The notes under the pieces were generated by a model. That model was not told the origin of the DNA. It ran no database searches and saw only the letters and a list, made by a program, of their open reading frames with translations. DNA of 64,000 bases from Camelus dromedarius. Its lineage: Eukaryota. Below, piece after piece: positions 1-14,329 of the stretch (the stretch's first letter is position 1; every line of letters starts with the position of its first letter). The stretch lies in the NCBI RefSeq assembly GCF_036321535.1, contig NC_087437.1, positions 41,108,001-41,172,000 on the forward strand. The letters run 5' to 3'. The translations under genes and the position numbers were made by a program.

Positions 1-14
1 TCTTAGCCCCATAC

Positions 15-158
15 CTGATATTGTCACGAGAACATTCAGTCCCTCTAGCACATCCATCTGCTGAAATCGCCTCCGGTTGATCAGATTATAAACTTTGCCT
101 TGCCCACTTCGGTCCAAAAGCATCAGGCCATTTTCGGTTCCCACTAGGAGGTTTACAC
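15..158 (-). CDS. TNIK: TNIK exon ~27 (144 nt, phase 1/1): (G)[47 protein letters not shown](G), CNH domain
   Basis: Acceptor ttgcag|GT, donor G|gtatgg; translated by hand. Confidence 0.97.
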
Positions 159-1018
159 CTGCAAATTTAAAAAGCACCCCAAGACGGACTCTTACGGGCT
201 TTACTCTTCTGCATCTGGGGTCCCTGTAAAACCTAAGAAACTGTGCCCTGTAAATATAAACTAATAGACAAGTAGGTACTTCAGTAGGGAGTGTAGAAGG
301 AGAGGCTGGGAGACAGTAATTAAATCACTGTCCCTCTGGTAATGAAATTAGTTTTCTTTTATAAAGTGGTAGCAGCATTCATTACATGTAGCCATTTACT
401 ACCTAGAATAGAGTTCTTCTCAAGAGGAGCCTTAGGCACAGCTGTGATGCTGGCGCAATCTGCCTGTGTTCCTTTCCTGTAATCCCCATCCTCCTTGGCT
501 CTCCCCATAAATCCCATCTCGAGGTTCAGCCTTTCCCGATTCATGCAGTGATGTCTATCCTATTCACCTCTGACATATAATAGAGGGCCCCATTCTGTAT
601 CCTACTGGCAGAAAATCCCTTCCACTTCTCACACCAAAGCTTAATTTACATCTCACACCCAAGGTTCTGCTCTTTGTTAGGGAGATGATAAGCCAATTCA
701 AGTGAAGGTATTAATAACCCGAGAGTCATAGAAGTATTGACTGTAAGGGACTTCTCAGGCACTAACTCTAGTCCAGCCCATCTCTCGCGTAGTAATTCCT
801 ATTACAAAAACTCGGGTAACTAAGTGGCCTGAATGGCTACAATCCTGAAAATTCACCCCTAGGCAAACGAACACCCCCCACGCCCAACAAGCACACAGAC
901 CTGCACACACGTGGGGCCATCTACGGTGCAATGGCCTATATTCACGAACAGGTAACTTTTTCAACTTCTCTTGCTTATTGCACATCTATCTTCTAAGTAA
1001 AATTAATGCCTGCTCCTT

Positions 1019-1093
1019 CCACCACATGTTCATGTGTCTTTCAACCACATGTTCATTGAAACCACATGTGTCAACCACATGTTCAACCACATC
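1019..1093. repeat. Short imperfect tandem repeat with 5 ACCACAT cores
   Basis: ACCACAT at 1021, 1044, 1061, 1074 and 1086. Confidence 0.85.
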
Positions 1094-1829
1094 TCCCATG
1101 AGATGGTTTCTAGGCTTATGCTCGCCCCTGCTAACATCTCAAATGCTTTTGCCCTTATATGATTGTGGTGCCCCAAACCAGGCCTACAATTCTGGATGAG
1201 TACAGATGGGCTGTGTCTTTCCTTGATCAGTATGTGATGTTTATGATAACACAGACCAGGATTTTGATAGAATCTCATCACACCTATACTGAGTCTGAGG
1301 TCAGTTAAAGCTTGCAGATCTTCTTCACAAGAACTGCAGGTTGATGTTTTGAACTAAAAGAGAAGGCCCATCATTTGCTGTCCTTTGAGTTTTACCTTGC
1401 TACTATCACTGGCATGGCTTTTGGCAATTCACTAAAATATTCCAGGCTGTTTTTTCAGCTGTGACATGGAGGTGACACCATTATTCCCCTTGCGGAGTGT
1501 TGTGTGGATCCCAGGGACAGAATGTGGGCACATCACCCAGTGCTGGGCACACGGTGGATGTGTGTTACGTGGTAGCCAGTTCAGTTGTTGGCTTGAGCCC
1601 ATAACTGTTATGTGACAAGGTCATTCTGCATCTCATTTTGTTATCCCGGGTACAAGGGGTCAGTTCTTTCTACATGTAAAATTGCTCTTGATCTCTCCTG
1701 AGGCTACGACAGTCCCAAGTCGGGGCTCTGACACCCACGATTCCATCAGCACTCTTCTGAAGGTAAGATCCACATGCTTTCATGTTTGAGGGTCACTTCA
1801 CTGATGAGTGGTAAAAAGCACCAACTTAC

Positions 1830-2000
1830 CCCACAGGGCCGCACAAAGTATTTCAGAGTTGAATCGCTTCTTGTATTTTCTGATTTCTGGTGTGTCGCTA
1901 TGAGGCCGAATGTTGGTTGGGTTTACGTTTACCACTGAAATCTTTCTTGCTTCATTGAGTTTGGCCTGTTCTTGCCTAAGAAGTTCGCTAGTAAACAGAG
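1830..2000 (-). CDS. TNIK: TNIK exon ~26 (171 nt, phase 1/1): (A)[56 protein letters not shown](G), start of CNH domain
   Basis: Acceptor tcaaag|CT, donor G|gtaagt. Confidence 0.97.
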
Positions 2001-2654
2001 CTTTGAGAAAAAGAATCAGAGAAGTCAGTGGCATCTTAAAATATAACCAGTGGAGATACGGAGAAGGGACTTTAAAACATTATGATTTCTCCTTGTTTAG
2101 TGTTGCATTATAGTAAAAGCAAGGAAACTTGAAATTATAAATATATTATACTTTTTTAGTAGAATAAAGTATAAGCCATTCAGAAAAGCAGTATTTTATC
2201 CATTAGTAAAACAGGCTTATAGACGCTACCTGGGTAGTTTAGGGAATTAATATTTATCACATAAAATTCAATAGACCATCCCCATCCCTTGTAATATATG
2301 CATGAAAAGATTTACTTTTTGAAATCCCATATTATCAATCGACAAATGGCCTAAGATGAGTCTGATGATTAGTGAATTGCAGAATTCTAGAAAGCAAGAC
2401 TCTCCTCTAAAACAGCCAGACCTTCGCAGTGGGACGCACACACCGAGAACTCAACACAACTCAACACGCGTTTATTAAGTATCTACTGCGTGCACAGCAT
2501 TGTACCCAGGAATTGCTTTTGAGAAATATGTGATGAGTTTGGAGATCTCTGAGGAACAGCTTTTCCTAGGGCCCCTGGATACCTCTGGGTTCCTACCAGA
2601 ATCAAAATAGAAGAGACGAAAAAAATAGAAATTGTTTGAGGAATCCTATAAAAC

Positions 2655-2710
<56 letters not shown>

Positions 2711-2720
2711 GTAATAGTAA
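2655..2720. repeat. (TAA)n microsatellite, ~18 perfect units
   Basis: Directly visible. Confidence 0.98.
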
Positions 2721-2841
2721 GTCTTCCCTTTAAGACAGGGCCTAAGCAGTTAGTGGCTTAACTACTGAACTAATGATAAAGTTTCATCGTATTACCGGGA
2801 CAGCCAAGCTGCTCCCGTAGCAGCGGGGCCTTCCAGCTTAC

Positions 2842-2953
2842 CCGCAGCTGATGATTCCTCGTCTTCCTCATCTTCATCAGTGGGAGACGTCTGGTACACT
2901 CTGGGGTCCACAAAGGGGGTGAAGGAGGCTTTGGTGCTGCTCCCCATGCCATA
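2842..2953 (-). CDS. TNIK: TNIK exon ~25 (112 nt, phase 0/1): YGMGSSTKASFTPFVDPRVYQTSPTDEDEEDEESSAA(A)
   Basis: Acceptor gattag|TAT, donor G|gtaagc; SFTPFVDPR family motif. Confidence 0.97.
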
Positions 2954-4711
2954 CTAATCAATAAGCAAGAAGATTAAGAAAAGCAGCCAGATAAATACCG
3001 CAGCAGCAAACAATGCTAACGATACTTTGAGCTTTAAAACGATCAGAGACTCTAAACCCCAAGTCAAAGCGTGTGTCTTTCTCCAGGTTCTTCTGGCAAG
3101 GTTTCTCACCAACCACTGTGTCTTTGCAGGGCTTCATTAAGCATCAGACTGCAGGAGCTACAGTGAGCAAATTACATGGTGGGCCATATGTGGCACCTTA
3201 ATATCTGGTAAGATGGCTGTGGTGACAGAGCCTCTCTCTCCCCTGAAGTAAAGACAATCTCATGTTGACCAAATGGTTTTAAGAAAAGTGGACACAACTG
3301 CCAATAAACTCAGTAAGCATGCCTACACAGCAGTGCTTCATCCTGAACACACGATCAACCAAAGGCTTCCTCCTGAGGCCTCCGGGTCCTTCCACACTGG
3401 CCTGGTGAAGCAGGTGGATTGGTGTTGTCTCAAGAAGCCTCAAAATCTGTAATTTAGGAACAATTTCATCCAGAGATTGGAAGTGTTTCCTTCCTGTAAC
3501 AGTCTCCTTAAAAGGACACTTAGACTTCTAGGCCCTATTTGGGAGCTTCATGAAGACCCTAGGCTTGTGGGCAATGTAACTCGAGGGCTTACTTAGAAAG
3601 TAATCCCAAGGGCTTGGACAGCACCATTAAGACACGAAGTCACAGCTAAAGTGAACAGAAAACTACCAGGGCTTCATGTCACGATATGCCCTATTTGAGT
3701 TTTCCCAAAGGAGCTTCAGTAACCTTCTGCCGACTTGTCTGTCATCTCCATTCCTTCCCCTATACCCCAGTCCTTTTAATATCACAGACAGTTCCACACT
3801 CAACATAAGAAGCATCTTTTTTTGGGGGACGGGGGTGTCTTTAAGTTTTTAGTTTTAATTTTTTAAGGTTTTTATTAAAAATAAAACCAATATCCCAAGA
3901 CCCCTAAACACGTAAGGAGAAAACTACAAAGGTCCAATTTGATTTAATTCCAGATTTCCCCTTCTACGTATGAAACCAAAACCATTTCATCCTCCACAAG
4001 GTAGGATGTTCCCAAACACAGCACTTTCACATACATTCTCTCCTTTGATCTTTAGAAGTCGGTGAAGGAGGTGCGGCAAGTGCTAACGCTCTCACTTAGA
4101 GCCGGCGAGGCAACAGAATTTTAAACAGGGTCTGACCGCACCTTGGTACCCACGGAGGTGGTCAGGCAGAAGAAAACCCTGCCCACAATGCACGAAGCTG
4201 TAATAGGATGCTCTGTGTTCTTTTCTTTCAGGCAAACAAAGCTCATCTGTTCTATAACTTTAGAATCCAAAGGGTACATCATAAAAATTCAGTCTGTGGA
4301 CAACATTAAAAACAGCAGTGTTTTATAATACATGCTTTATAAATACATGGAGGGCCTAAGTGTGATTCACAGGACTATTCATGAAACATGACCAAGCACC
4401 ATGAACTCATCTGACCAGTCAAGCTCGGTCAATGACACCTATGAGCACTGCCTAACAGATTGTGTTTATTTGGGCATTTCTTCCCGGACTCTTTCCTATG
4501 CAAGAAAGAGAATACTCCATTTCTCCCCTTCTAGTATGGTCTGAAGTTTAGGGAGATGAGCATTTTGAGAACATGTCTATTTATTTTTATTTTTCATAAA
4601 CAAATCATTTCAACCTCATTTCATCTGAAGTCAAACTTAATTTGACTAAATTAATGTAAATGGGAACTTCAACTATTGGCCTTGGAATCTCTATAGGCTG
4701 AAGTTTCCATC

Positions 4712-4830
4712 ACGGGCCTGGGAGACAGGAGGTCCCAGTTCTGGTCCCAGCTCTGTCACAATAAGCTGTGTGCCTTGGGCAAGGCACTTAACCTCTCTGA
4801 GCCTCAGCAGTCTCACCTGTAAAAACAGGT
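4712..4830 (+). mobile_element. MIR
   Basis: MIR core: agctgtgtgccttgggcaaggcacttaacctctctgagcctcag...ctgtaaaa. Confidence 0.85.
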
Positions 4831-5032
4831 ATCAGTCCAGATGGTGCCTGAGAACTCATCACGGCTCTGCTTCCAGGATACCCTCCATCTGAGTATATGC
4901 ATATGTATGTATATAATAGAACCCAACCAAACACTTTTCTGGGAGTTTAGCAGAGCCTCATTCTCGAAAAAATCAGGGTTTCAGACCCCCTGAGGGAGAG
5001 CAAAGCCGCTGTGGCTGTTACGCAGCACCTAC

Positions 5033-5197
5033 TTCAGTCCCGGAGTCCATCTCCTGGGCGTGGGTGGAGACGCGCCCCAGGCCCTCGGTTGGGGTCCCAG
5101 CGGGAGAATGGCTCTGCTGCACCAGGTCCGGCAGGTTGATGTGGCCGGCGAAGCCATTGCTGTCACTGTGGCCAGATCGCTTCTTCTCTCCAGACGT
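5033..5197 (-). CDS. TNIK: TNIK exon ~24 (165 nt, phase 0/0): TSGEKKRSGHSDSNGFAGHINLPDLVQQSHSP...EMDSGTE
   Basis: Acceptor cctcag|ACG, donor GAA|gtaggt. Confidence 0.97.
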
Positions 5198-6126
5198 CTG
5201 AGGGGGCACAACACAGGGCTGGCCGTTAGAGAGGGAGGGCAGGGACCACAGAGTGATGTCACCCCTCGCACAGCACAGGCGCAGTGGCCTCCAAATCATC
5301 CCGCTGGGGTGTGGGAAGATACTCAAATTTCTATTTTATCTAAGAAAATAAGAAAAAAGTTATGCTTTGCCGGTGTTTAGTATGTGGATTGACCCTGGGG
5401 CCTGATGCTCCTGCATGAGGGGCGTCAGGGGTCACACAGGATGTGGGGGCTCCCTGTGGGAAGACAGGATTGCTGAAGGTGGAGGGGCCGAGGGGGGCCC
5501 ATACCTGAAGCTCCTCTCCTGCAGTGTTTGTGTGAGTGTGCGCATGCACACCAGATCATTTCACCAGGTTACAATGACACAAACATGACCTGAAACAGTG
5601 CTGAGAAGCAGTGGGATGAGATAACACAAATAATCTATGCGTACTGCACGCCAAGAAAACGCAGAGATGATCCCAGCTCACAGGGCTCCTTGCAGTCACG
5701 AGGTCAAAACAATGATTAACTAATCACATCTGATGGGAGTTATAAAGCATTGAAATAATCTAAAGATTATTTGAAAATACGGATTTACATCCATTATCAT
5801 TAATGTGGAATCTCTTAGTAAGCAACTATGGTGCCTTGTGCTAGGAGCTGGTAAAAAAAATGAAGTCATCATGACCAGCACAGCACCTGAAATGTTGTTT
5901 ATAGCATCCCTTTTGAATGTCATTTAAAGGTATTTTATATTATGTTAATGCAGTAGGACAAATGCATGATTTGTAAATAAATGAAAACACTGTGTATTAT
6001 GTAGCATTCCCTGAAATTCTTACTGATAGCATTGCATGACTTAACAAGTTGGAAATCACTGCCCTGGGGAGCAAAGCCTCCTCCCAAAAATTCTAGGGGA
6101 GAAATACAGAATTAAGAGAAAATACT

Positions 6127-6874
<748 letters not shown>

Positions 6875-7954
6875 TCCTGCTCCCAAAAAGCCAGAGCCCG
6901 CACTGTAGTCCTGGCTAGAACTGCACTTTCTGGTTTAACATTCACGTGACTGGCTCACTGAGGTTTCTTGCAGCAGACCTGATTAAGTAATGATTCCCTT
7001 CTTTGCCTTTTCTTTTTTTCATCCATTTGCCCGACACTTCTGAGCGCCTACAAGTGTGAAGCGTTGTGCTGAACGCGGAGGAATCGGTCAGGAACGAGGC
7101 AGGCGCGCTCCCTGCCTTCTTCGGGCTGGCCTGGCCGAGGGTCTATGCTGCTTTTTTGACCACCTCATGGGCCTGGCTTCTTCCTTCCGAAGCCTGTCCT
7201 GGTCTTGCAATTACAGCTCTGCACCTGCCTCTGGCTGGAAGCGACAGGGGGCATTTTTTTTGGAGTGGGGGCAGGAAACAGACTCCCAAGTTCCTGAAGG
7301 GGTGCATGTAACTGATGTTACCAGGAATAGCAGGAAAGCCTTGGTGCCCTGTGTTTCTTGGCAGCACGCTCCACCTGTCCTAGAGAAGGTCATTTGCTGG
7401 ATTCATTTTGTCACAGTGCTATCCAAACATTTCATTTTCTAAATAACATTTAGAGGGTTCAGTCCTAATTTATTGTGTTGTCCCCTATTTTACATGTACT
7501 GGAAGCTTCTCCTTCCTTTTAACTTCTGTTCAAATACTGAAAAGCTTTTTAACATGTCCCCCAACTTCCCAGTAGCATAAATCACACATTGTCTCTTTAG
7601 AGTTTTGTGGTCTCTCTTGTATCAGCAGCGTTCTGCCTCAAGCCGAAAGCTGATGCAGACACACTGGTTATCAAAGAAAGACCTACGAGGGGAAAGGGCC
7701 TAGACAGTGCTTGAAGGAATCCAGCAATGACCCCTGAATATTCCCACTTCTGAGTCATCACCCTTTTGTTCATTCAACCAGCACCCTCTTAGAATTAAAT
7801 ACCTTCTGTGTGCCAGGCGGTCTGCTGGGAACACAAGGACAAATGAACCACAGCTCTGCCCTCTAGGACCTCATCAGCAGAACCCCAACAATCTCGACGA
7901 TCTTCAGGCCCTCATCATTCCCAAAGGGGTGAGCACTAAGATGTTCTGAGGATC

Positions 7955-8138
7955 AGTATACACCAGGTACCATGCTAAATGCTTTGGGTTTATATCCTCA
8001 CTATACCACCGTGGGTTAGCTTCCATTATCCCCATTTTACAGATGGAAAAACTTCAGTGTTAAAGAATTCAATTAACTTGCCCCGAGTGACGTAGATTGT
8101 AAGTGGTGCAATCAGAGTTTGAACCGAGGCTGTCTGGC
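7955..8138 (-). mobile_element. MIR
   Basis: attatccccattttacagatggaaaaact...taacttgccc. Confidence 0.8.
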
Positions 8139-10929
8139 GGCCGAGCCCAGGTGCTCCGGGCGGCTGCTGTGGTAGGTGGCTCTGCTCTCGGCCACAGCCG
8201 ACTGGACCAGGAGAGGACACCTGAGCCAAGCACGGTCAGATTCCCATTGGAGTTCACAGTCAGGTCTGAGAGATATTGGTCAGTCTGCTGGGCAGCTGAC
8301 CTGGGATGTGGTGAACACCTTGCAACGGGGGCCGGGGGGCGGTGAGAGCGCATGCATATGGGGGGAGAGAAAGCTGGGGGAGAGAGAACAGGGAGAAACG
8401 TGGAGGAAACAGAGGTGAGGGCAAGAAGAGACAGGCAGTGAGAGAGCCAGAGATCCACCTGCAGGTGGAAGTCGCTGAGCTGAGCTACTAATCCCTCTCC
8501 AATTTCTGGTTCCACCTCTACATCGGGTCCCAACTCGCTCTCTGCCTTTGGATTCCTTTAATGAAAGACTTTTGAATCCTTATTCCCCTCTCTTTGATGC
8601 CTACCCTGCCTTCTTTTCTTAAGCTGCTTTAAGTGGGTTCTTTTTTTCTATTACTTATAATCAAAAGAGTCTTTGTGACAATAAGCTAGTGTTCTGGTTC
8701 GGCGGGTGGAGAAACCCTGGAGAGACACCAGCTGGTCAGCGAGGAAGGCGGTGTGGACAGAGGCCCACGGAGTCCCGGGAGAGGCTTCAAGGAGAAAGGG
8801 AAGGTGGACCAGACCCCCGGGGGTCTGCGGGGAATGATGGGCTGCGGCGGGCGAGGAAGAATAGCTCTTCCAGGAGGTGGGCCCCTCGGACAAAGCGGCA
8901 GATGACAGCGGGGGTGAGGTGCTCAAGAGGGCAGCGTGGGAAGGTCCCGTGGAGCCATAGGGACAGAAAGGCAGAACCACAGGCGCAGGGGTGCGCACTA
9001 CAAGGGTCTCTGACAAGACCATGGCTAGCAGAGCCAGTGCGATCCTTGCAGAGCCGTGTCTCCCCTCCCTTGGGGATGACGAGTGGAGTGAGTCTCCTTG
9101 ATGTTCACCTTGGGGAATTGAACCAATACCGCCCTGTAACGAATTCTATTGGAGTGAGTTTTTCTTTTCTTACTATGTTGTCATACTTTAACTTGTATTT
9201 ATCTTTTTAATACATATATTTTTAGTGGATTTCAACTCAGGTTTGTTATGGTAAAAGCCTGCATTTGGGAAAAGGAGAATTTAGACACTGAGAGGACCAA
9301 AAGCTTTTAGGGCCCTCAGTAGATGAGATTCCTACATGACGCTGGCGAGGGCTATTTTCAAGGTGATTGATGGCGGTCATCAAGTATTGGAATGTTTTAA
9401 ATAACATGGAGCCATTCGGATGTGGCTGGTAACTGAACTCAAACCGTGGCTCCAAATGTCCACTTCAAGGTATTGGCTCTGTCATAAGATTCAAACAAAT
9501 TGTAAACCACATTAGAAATTGGAGTCCTTTTATTTCGAGTCAGAGAGTAACTCATTCCAGAACACTTCCTCTCATGTTTTCCTAAGAGGCGACGTATAGT
9601 GATAGAAACCCTCCACGCTTCCATTGAAATCATCCATTCACCGTGCTAGATTTATATACCAGCACGACACAATGTCAACTTCAGCAGCCAAGTCCATTTT
9701 TCATTCCAGGCGTACGTGAAAGGACTCTTTAAAGTCTACTTGAAAGATTCGGCAGGGCCATAAAATGAAATTCTAGCAAGTTGCTTTGTGAACTAGTCTC
9801 AGTAATAGCTCTACTGCCAATTACGATTTCAAAGGACTTATTCATCTCAAAACTACAGTTCCTTTCTTTCTTACAAAAAATGAGATGCCCTCTGCCTTTT
9901 TGGACAGCGAAGCCTCCTCTTAGTGTCTTCCAATCTTTGGAAGGGGAAGGACAGATGATCTATGTTTATGTTTAAGAAGGAAGGGTGGGAAGTGTTAACA
10001 AGCAAAAGGAGAGCTCAAGTCTATGGAGAAGAGTGAAATGAAATAGTTAACATTTATTGGATGTTCGCACGCATTAACTCACTTAATCCTCCCAACCAGC
10101 TTGTGAGTCATATACTATCACTGATGAAATTTCGTAGATGACAAAGTGGCTGCAGGGAGAGGTCAAGTAACTTCTGCCCCTTGTCACCAGCCATTACTCT
10201 CCTTCCAAGTAAAGACCTGCCGTCAAACTTGCATGGTGATGGTGAAGCGAAAAGGCGGATGGGAATGTGTCCAGGCCCTTCTGGTTGGCACAGATACAGT
10301 GGGGAAACACTGCATGTTGGAGGGGCCAGGGAAAGGGAACCTGACACCCCGCCCTCCCCCAGGAAACGCCGTTCCTAGAGTTTAAAAAAACAAAATCACT
10401 CAGTGCGCTGAGGTGCATTTTAAAGTACATTTGCATACTTCTTTGTTCTGTCACCAATATAGCTTACTAGTCCTTAATGTTAATTTAACTAGATAATATC
10501 ACCATTTCTTGGAACTATCCAGCAATTTCTCCATAAAATCCACAAGGATAAAACCTGGGGTAGGGAGGAGAAGGCATAGCAAGGCCAGTGATGCTATTTG
10601 GATAGACCATTCATTTCTGTGTTCCACTGGTAGGAAGTATCTGGGTTTGCCAGTTTTACATCCTCAGGCTCAAATTCTATATTCCGATTTGCATAGCTCC
10701 TTCTGAAGAATTTGGACTAACGTGATTAAGTCACCCTGCAAAAGCTTAGAAGGATGCAGGAAAGAAGGTGGACAATTAAAATCACTCAACACTTTAGAAA
10801 CATGGGTCCTTCTCCCTCCCCCACCCCCGGTTCCCTAAGATACACGCCATAAGCATCCTCTGTGAAAGCTCTAATATAAAAACCAATTAAGGAATGCACT
10901 TCCTTTACACAGTTTTTATCCCAACTTAC

Positions 10930-11059
10930 CTCTCTTATCATCAAGGTTCCTTCTCTTGAAATACTGCTGCTGAACGTGTCCGCGTGCGAGGTCTCCAGCC
11001 CGTGTGTGCCGACCATCCCCACGTTGTACTGCTCAGCACTCCCGGGGGCTCCTGTTGGT
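10930..11059 (-). CDS. TNIK: TNIK exon ~23 (130 nt, phase 2/0): (I)PTGAPGSAEQYNVGMVGTHGLETSHADTFSSSISREGTLMIRE
   Basis: Acceptor tttcag|A, donor GAG|gtaagt. Confidence 0.97.
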
Positions 11060-11127
11060 CTGAAACGGGAGGGAACAAAATTCATGACAGTGCATGTTTA
11101 GGGAATACCTGTTCTCTGTCTACGGAA

Positions 11128-11210
11128 ATTTTTTTTTTTTTGTGGTAAAATATACATAACAGAAAACTTACCATTTTAACCATTTTAAGTGTTCAGGTCA
11201 GAGGCCTTAA
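11128..11210 (-). mobile_element. Short L1 (L1MA/MB-like) 3'-terminal fragment
   Basis: T-run followed by gtggtaaaatatacataac...ccattttaaccattttaagtgt. Confidence 0.7.
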
Positions 11211-11329
11211 CCACGTCCTATTTTAGCCTTTCACGCTGCACTGATGCTCGAACTGGGCTCCCACTTTTGCAGTGTCCCCTCTCGACCTGCTCACTGCCCA
11301 GCAGCCAGCATGAGCCACAAGGCTCTGAG

Positions 11330-11765
11330 TGATCTCCAAGCCCTCCTTACCCCACCTTTGACCAGCAGATACCCTGAACTTTGCACACGCTCTCCCCTCT
11401 GCCTGGAAAGCTGTTTCTCACCCTGGTTCTTGGCTGGTTCCCTCTCATTCATCTGATTTCATCTTAAATGCTACCTTCCCCTAGAAGCCTTCTCTCACCA
11501 CCATCTATGTCTTATCCCACCAGCCAGCCTCCTCTTTCTCTTCACTCTTTTTCCTTAATGGTTCTCATCACAATTAGTAATTCTTTATCTTTTTTGACTC
11601 TCTTTTAACTTTCCTATTTTCTCTCATCAGAACAGACGCTTGTGAAGGCAGAATTCTTGTCTCTTTGCTCATCATGGTATATATACCCAGAACCCAGCAT
11701 AGAGCTTGGCACGGAGTAGGAGTACAAAAAATAATCATTTTGTAGAGAAGAGTTACCAGTTAAGG
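11330..11765 (+). mobile_element. L2 3' relic
   Basis: Ends cccagaacccagcatagagcttggcacggagtaggagtac, L2 3'-like. Confidence 0.6.
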
Positions 11766-14329
11766 GCATTCTGGTGGACCAGGCATTCATCAACAAGGCT
11801 GTTTAACTCAAGAGTATCCAGTAGTTTTAAAAACCTGTAATCACCCCCACTGTGGTATATCTACTTCCAATCTGTCTCCTGCTTTTATATTTAGATACAA
11901 TGGGAGAAGGGAATAGGATCCTGACATACATCCTGAGAGCAGGATTGATGTTTGCTGTGTCCTGTGGCACAGACCACAGCCCCATGGGAAACCTTGGACC
12001 AGGAGGGCGATGTGGTCCACCCACAGTTCTCAAAGCTGCACCTATAGTTACCCTACTGGGCAGCTAACTCTTTTAAAGTGGGTTTTTTAAAAACAGGAAA
12101 GGTACTAGGGTTTGTTTCTCTCAGTAGGTGTATTAATCACATCTTTTACCATTTTGTTCTTTTATTTTAATTGTTTCTTATACAGTAAAAAAAAAAATTC
12201 TCATTTCTTGGGTCCTTTCAAAGCCCAAGGATTTGATGGAATATTCAATCTAAGAAAAAACGCCAGACTTATGACATCTCTGGGGCAGAGAAGATATCTA
12301 CTGAGGATTTTTATCCAAAATGGAGAGGCAAAAAGATGAAAAGGTGAGTCCAGAAAAATAGTGTACAGCCAGATGCTTAATTTGAAATGATTAAACTGGA
12401 GCAGTGGATTGAATACATCCAAGTATGAGTTAGAACTTATGAGTTTGGGAAGAAATACCAAAGAAGCATTTTCAATATTTCACTCCCAGAAAGGAGCTAT
12501 TAATAGTGTTCCAGAGACATGGAAGAAGAAATTGCTGTAATGAATTTCTGGTGTATTGCTAGATTGGTGGATCAGAATAATTCTCAAAACCACGATTTCT
12601 TCACTCATTTGTTTCAAATTTGCTTTATCTTGTATGTATTTTATTTTCGTATATTCTTATTTTTATATTTTATAATAAAAATGTATTTTTATTTTATATA
12701 TGCCTTAAATTCTTGTTTATGACAAGGTGGTAAAACGAATAAATCAATAAATGAAGCAGTGGTCAAGAGATGAAGCCTCCTAGGATGGGAGTCACTTTCT
12801 TTCATCACTCAGTCCCTCTTTGCTACTATTAGGGGCTAGATTTACCTGGCGGCCACCACCAGGCTGACTCTGTACAATCAAGCTCTCTTTCACCATTAGA
12901 CAGTCCCACAGGAGTTCAAAGATTAAGGATAGTTTGGCTCTACTTTCTTTTTTTAAACCCTGATGATGTTATGATTCTATCCAAATATTTTAATCAGAAA
13001 TATGTCAATATGAATGAATTTTCATGAAGAGTATTTCCTAGAGCTCTTTCCAGTAAGACAATTATTTGATTAATTTTCTACACATCTCAGTTACACTCTT
13101 TCCCAATTTTTGCATTTTCATTATTATTTTATTAAAATTATCATTGGTTCCAATTGTTTTCTATGTAAATGTTATAGTAAAGGTTTGGTACACAAATCAA
13201 CTTTTTTTTTTTTTTGTCCATTGTCAAAGGCTTCTGTGGCCATTACTTCTATCAAGTCCAATTTTTCTGGACTCATTTTAAAGGTATAAATTTTATTAAG
13301 AAGATTTGATTCATCTGTCAATTTTTAGCCAATAACAAGTTTTCAGTGTATAGCGTTAGTCACAGTCAGTTTTGCCTTTTTGCTGAATAGTTTCCTGATT
13401 TTTTTCCTGTGGGTCAATTTTATACATTTCAATTTTATGAGCCAGAACTGCTTCATTTGTGATAAATTTTTATGGTGAGCAGTACAAGCTGTTTTAGTTT
13501 TATTTTACATTATTTCTACTAATAATAATTCTTATAGATTGACTAAAAGGTAATAATCTCTATTTCTTCCCTAGTCATTTTTCTGCTAAAATGGTGAGCA
13601 ATTCCTCTTAGTTTAAGGTTGTTCTATTGTGTAGGATTCATCTGTTGTATTGTGACTCTTCTGTACATATTTGTTCATTCTGTGTACCTTGTATTAATTG
13701 CCCACACCATTAATTTTTCTATTACCATGTTTTCTGACATAAGGTAATGGCTGTTGATTATGGAAAAATCCCACAAATTTCTGCATGCTCCAAAGCTTTT
13801 AGAAAGCCAAGAGCAGCCCACAGTTCATGTTTCAGAGACTGCAGAACATTTTTAAATCACAGAGGAGGGCTTCTTGCTGTGTCTGTCATTGTTGGTCACT
13901 TCCTTCTGTCCTTCTCTCTCCCCTGGCTCTTGAGAGACAGGCTTTCCCTTTCAGGGTTGTCCTTGAACTCCTCTGTCTCTGACTGTTTTGTCTAGGGTTC
14001 AGAGTTCCCAGCTATGCCACAGCAATCTTTATCAGGCCTTTAGGAAGTCTTTCATTCATTCATTCATTCACTTACTTATTAAAAGTTTGTTATGTGACAC
14101 AGATTGCACCAGATGCTAGAAAAAAATCTGAAGAATAGGACATAACCCTTGACTTCCAGGATGATAATCTAATGGAGGTTGAGAGACTAATAAGGTCCAT
14201 AAAGTGATGGGCAAAAGACAACAGAATTAGTTTAGCAACATAGTATTTCTAATTCAGTGCCAAAGCTAAATAGCCGGGCAGAGGACCAGTGTTCTCCTTC
14301 TCCTCGTGTTTTCACAATCCCTCCCTCTG

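Noticed and set aside
5198..5345. In-frame upstream extension of exon 24 (ORF 5018..5326) via alternative acceptors
   Set aside because: The upstream AGs I checked (ccccag, ttcttag) are out of phase or followed by stops; the canonical acceptor at 5197/5198 explains the protein
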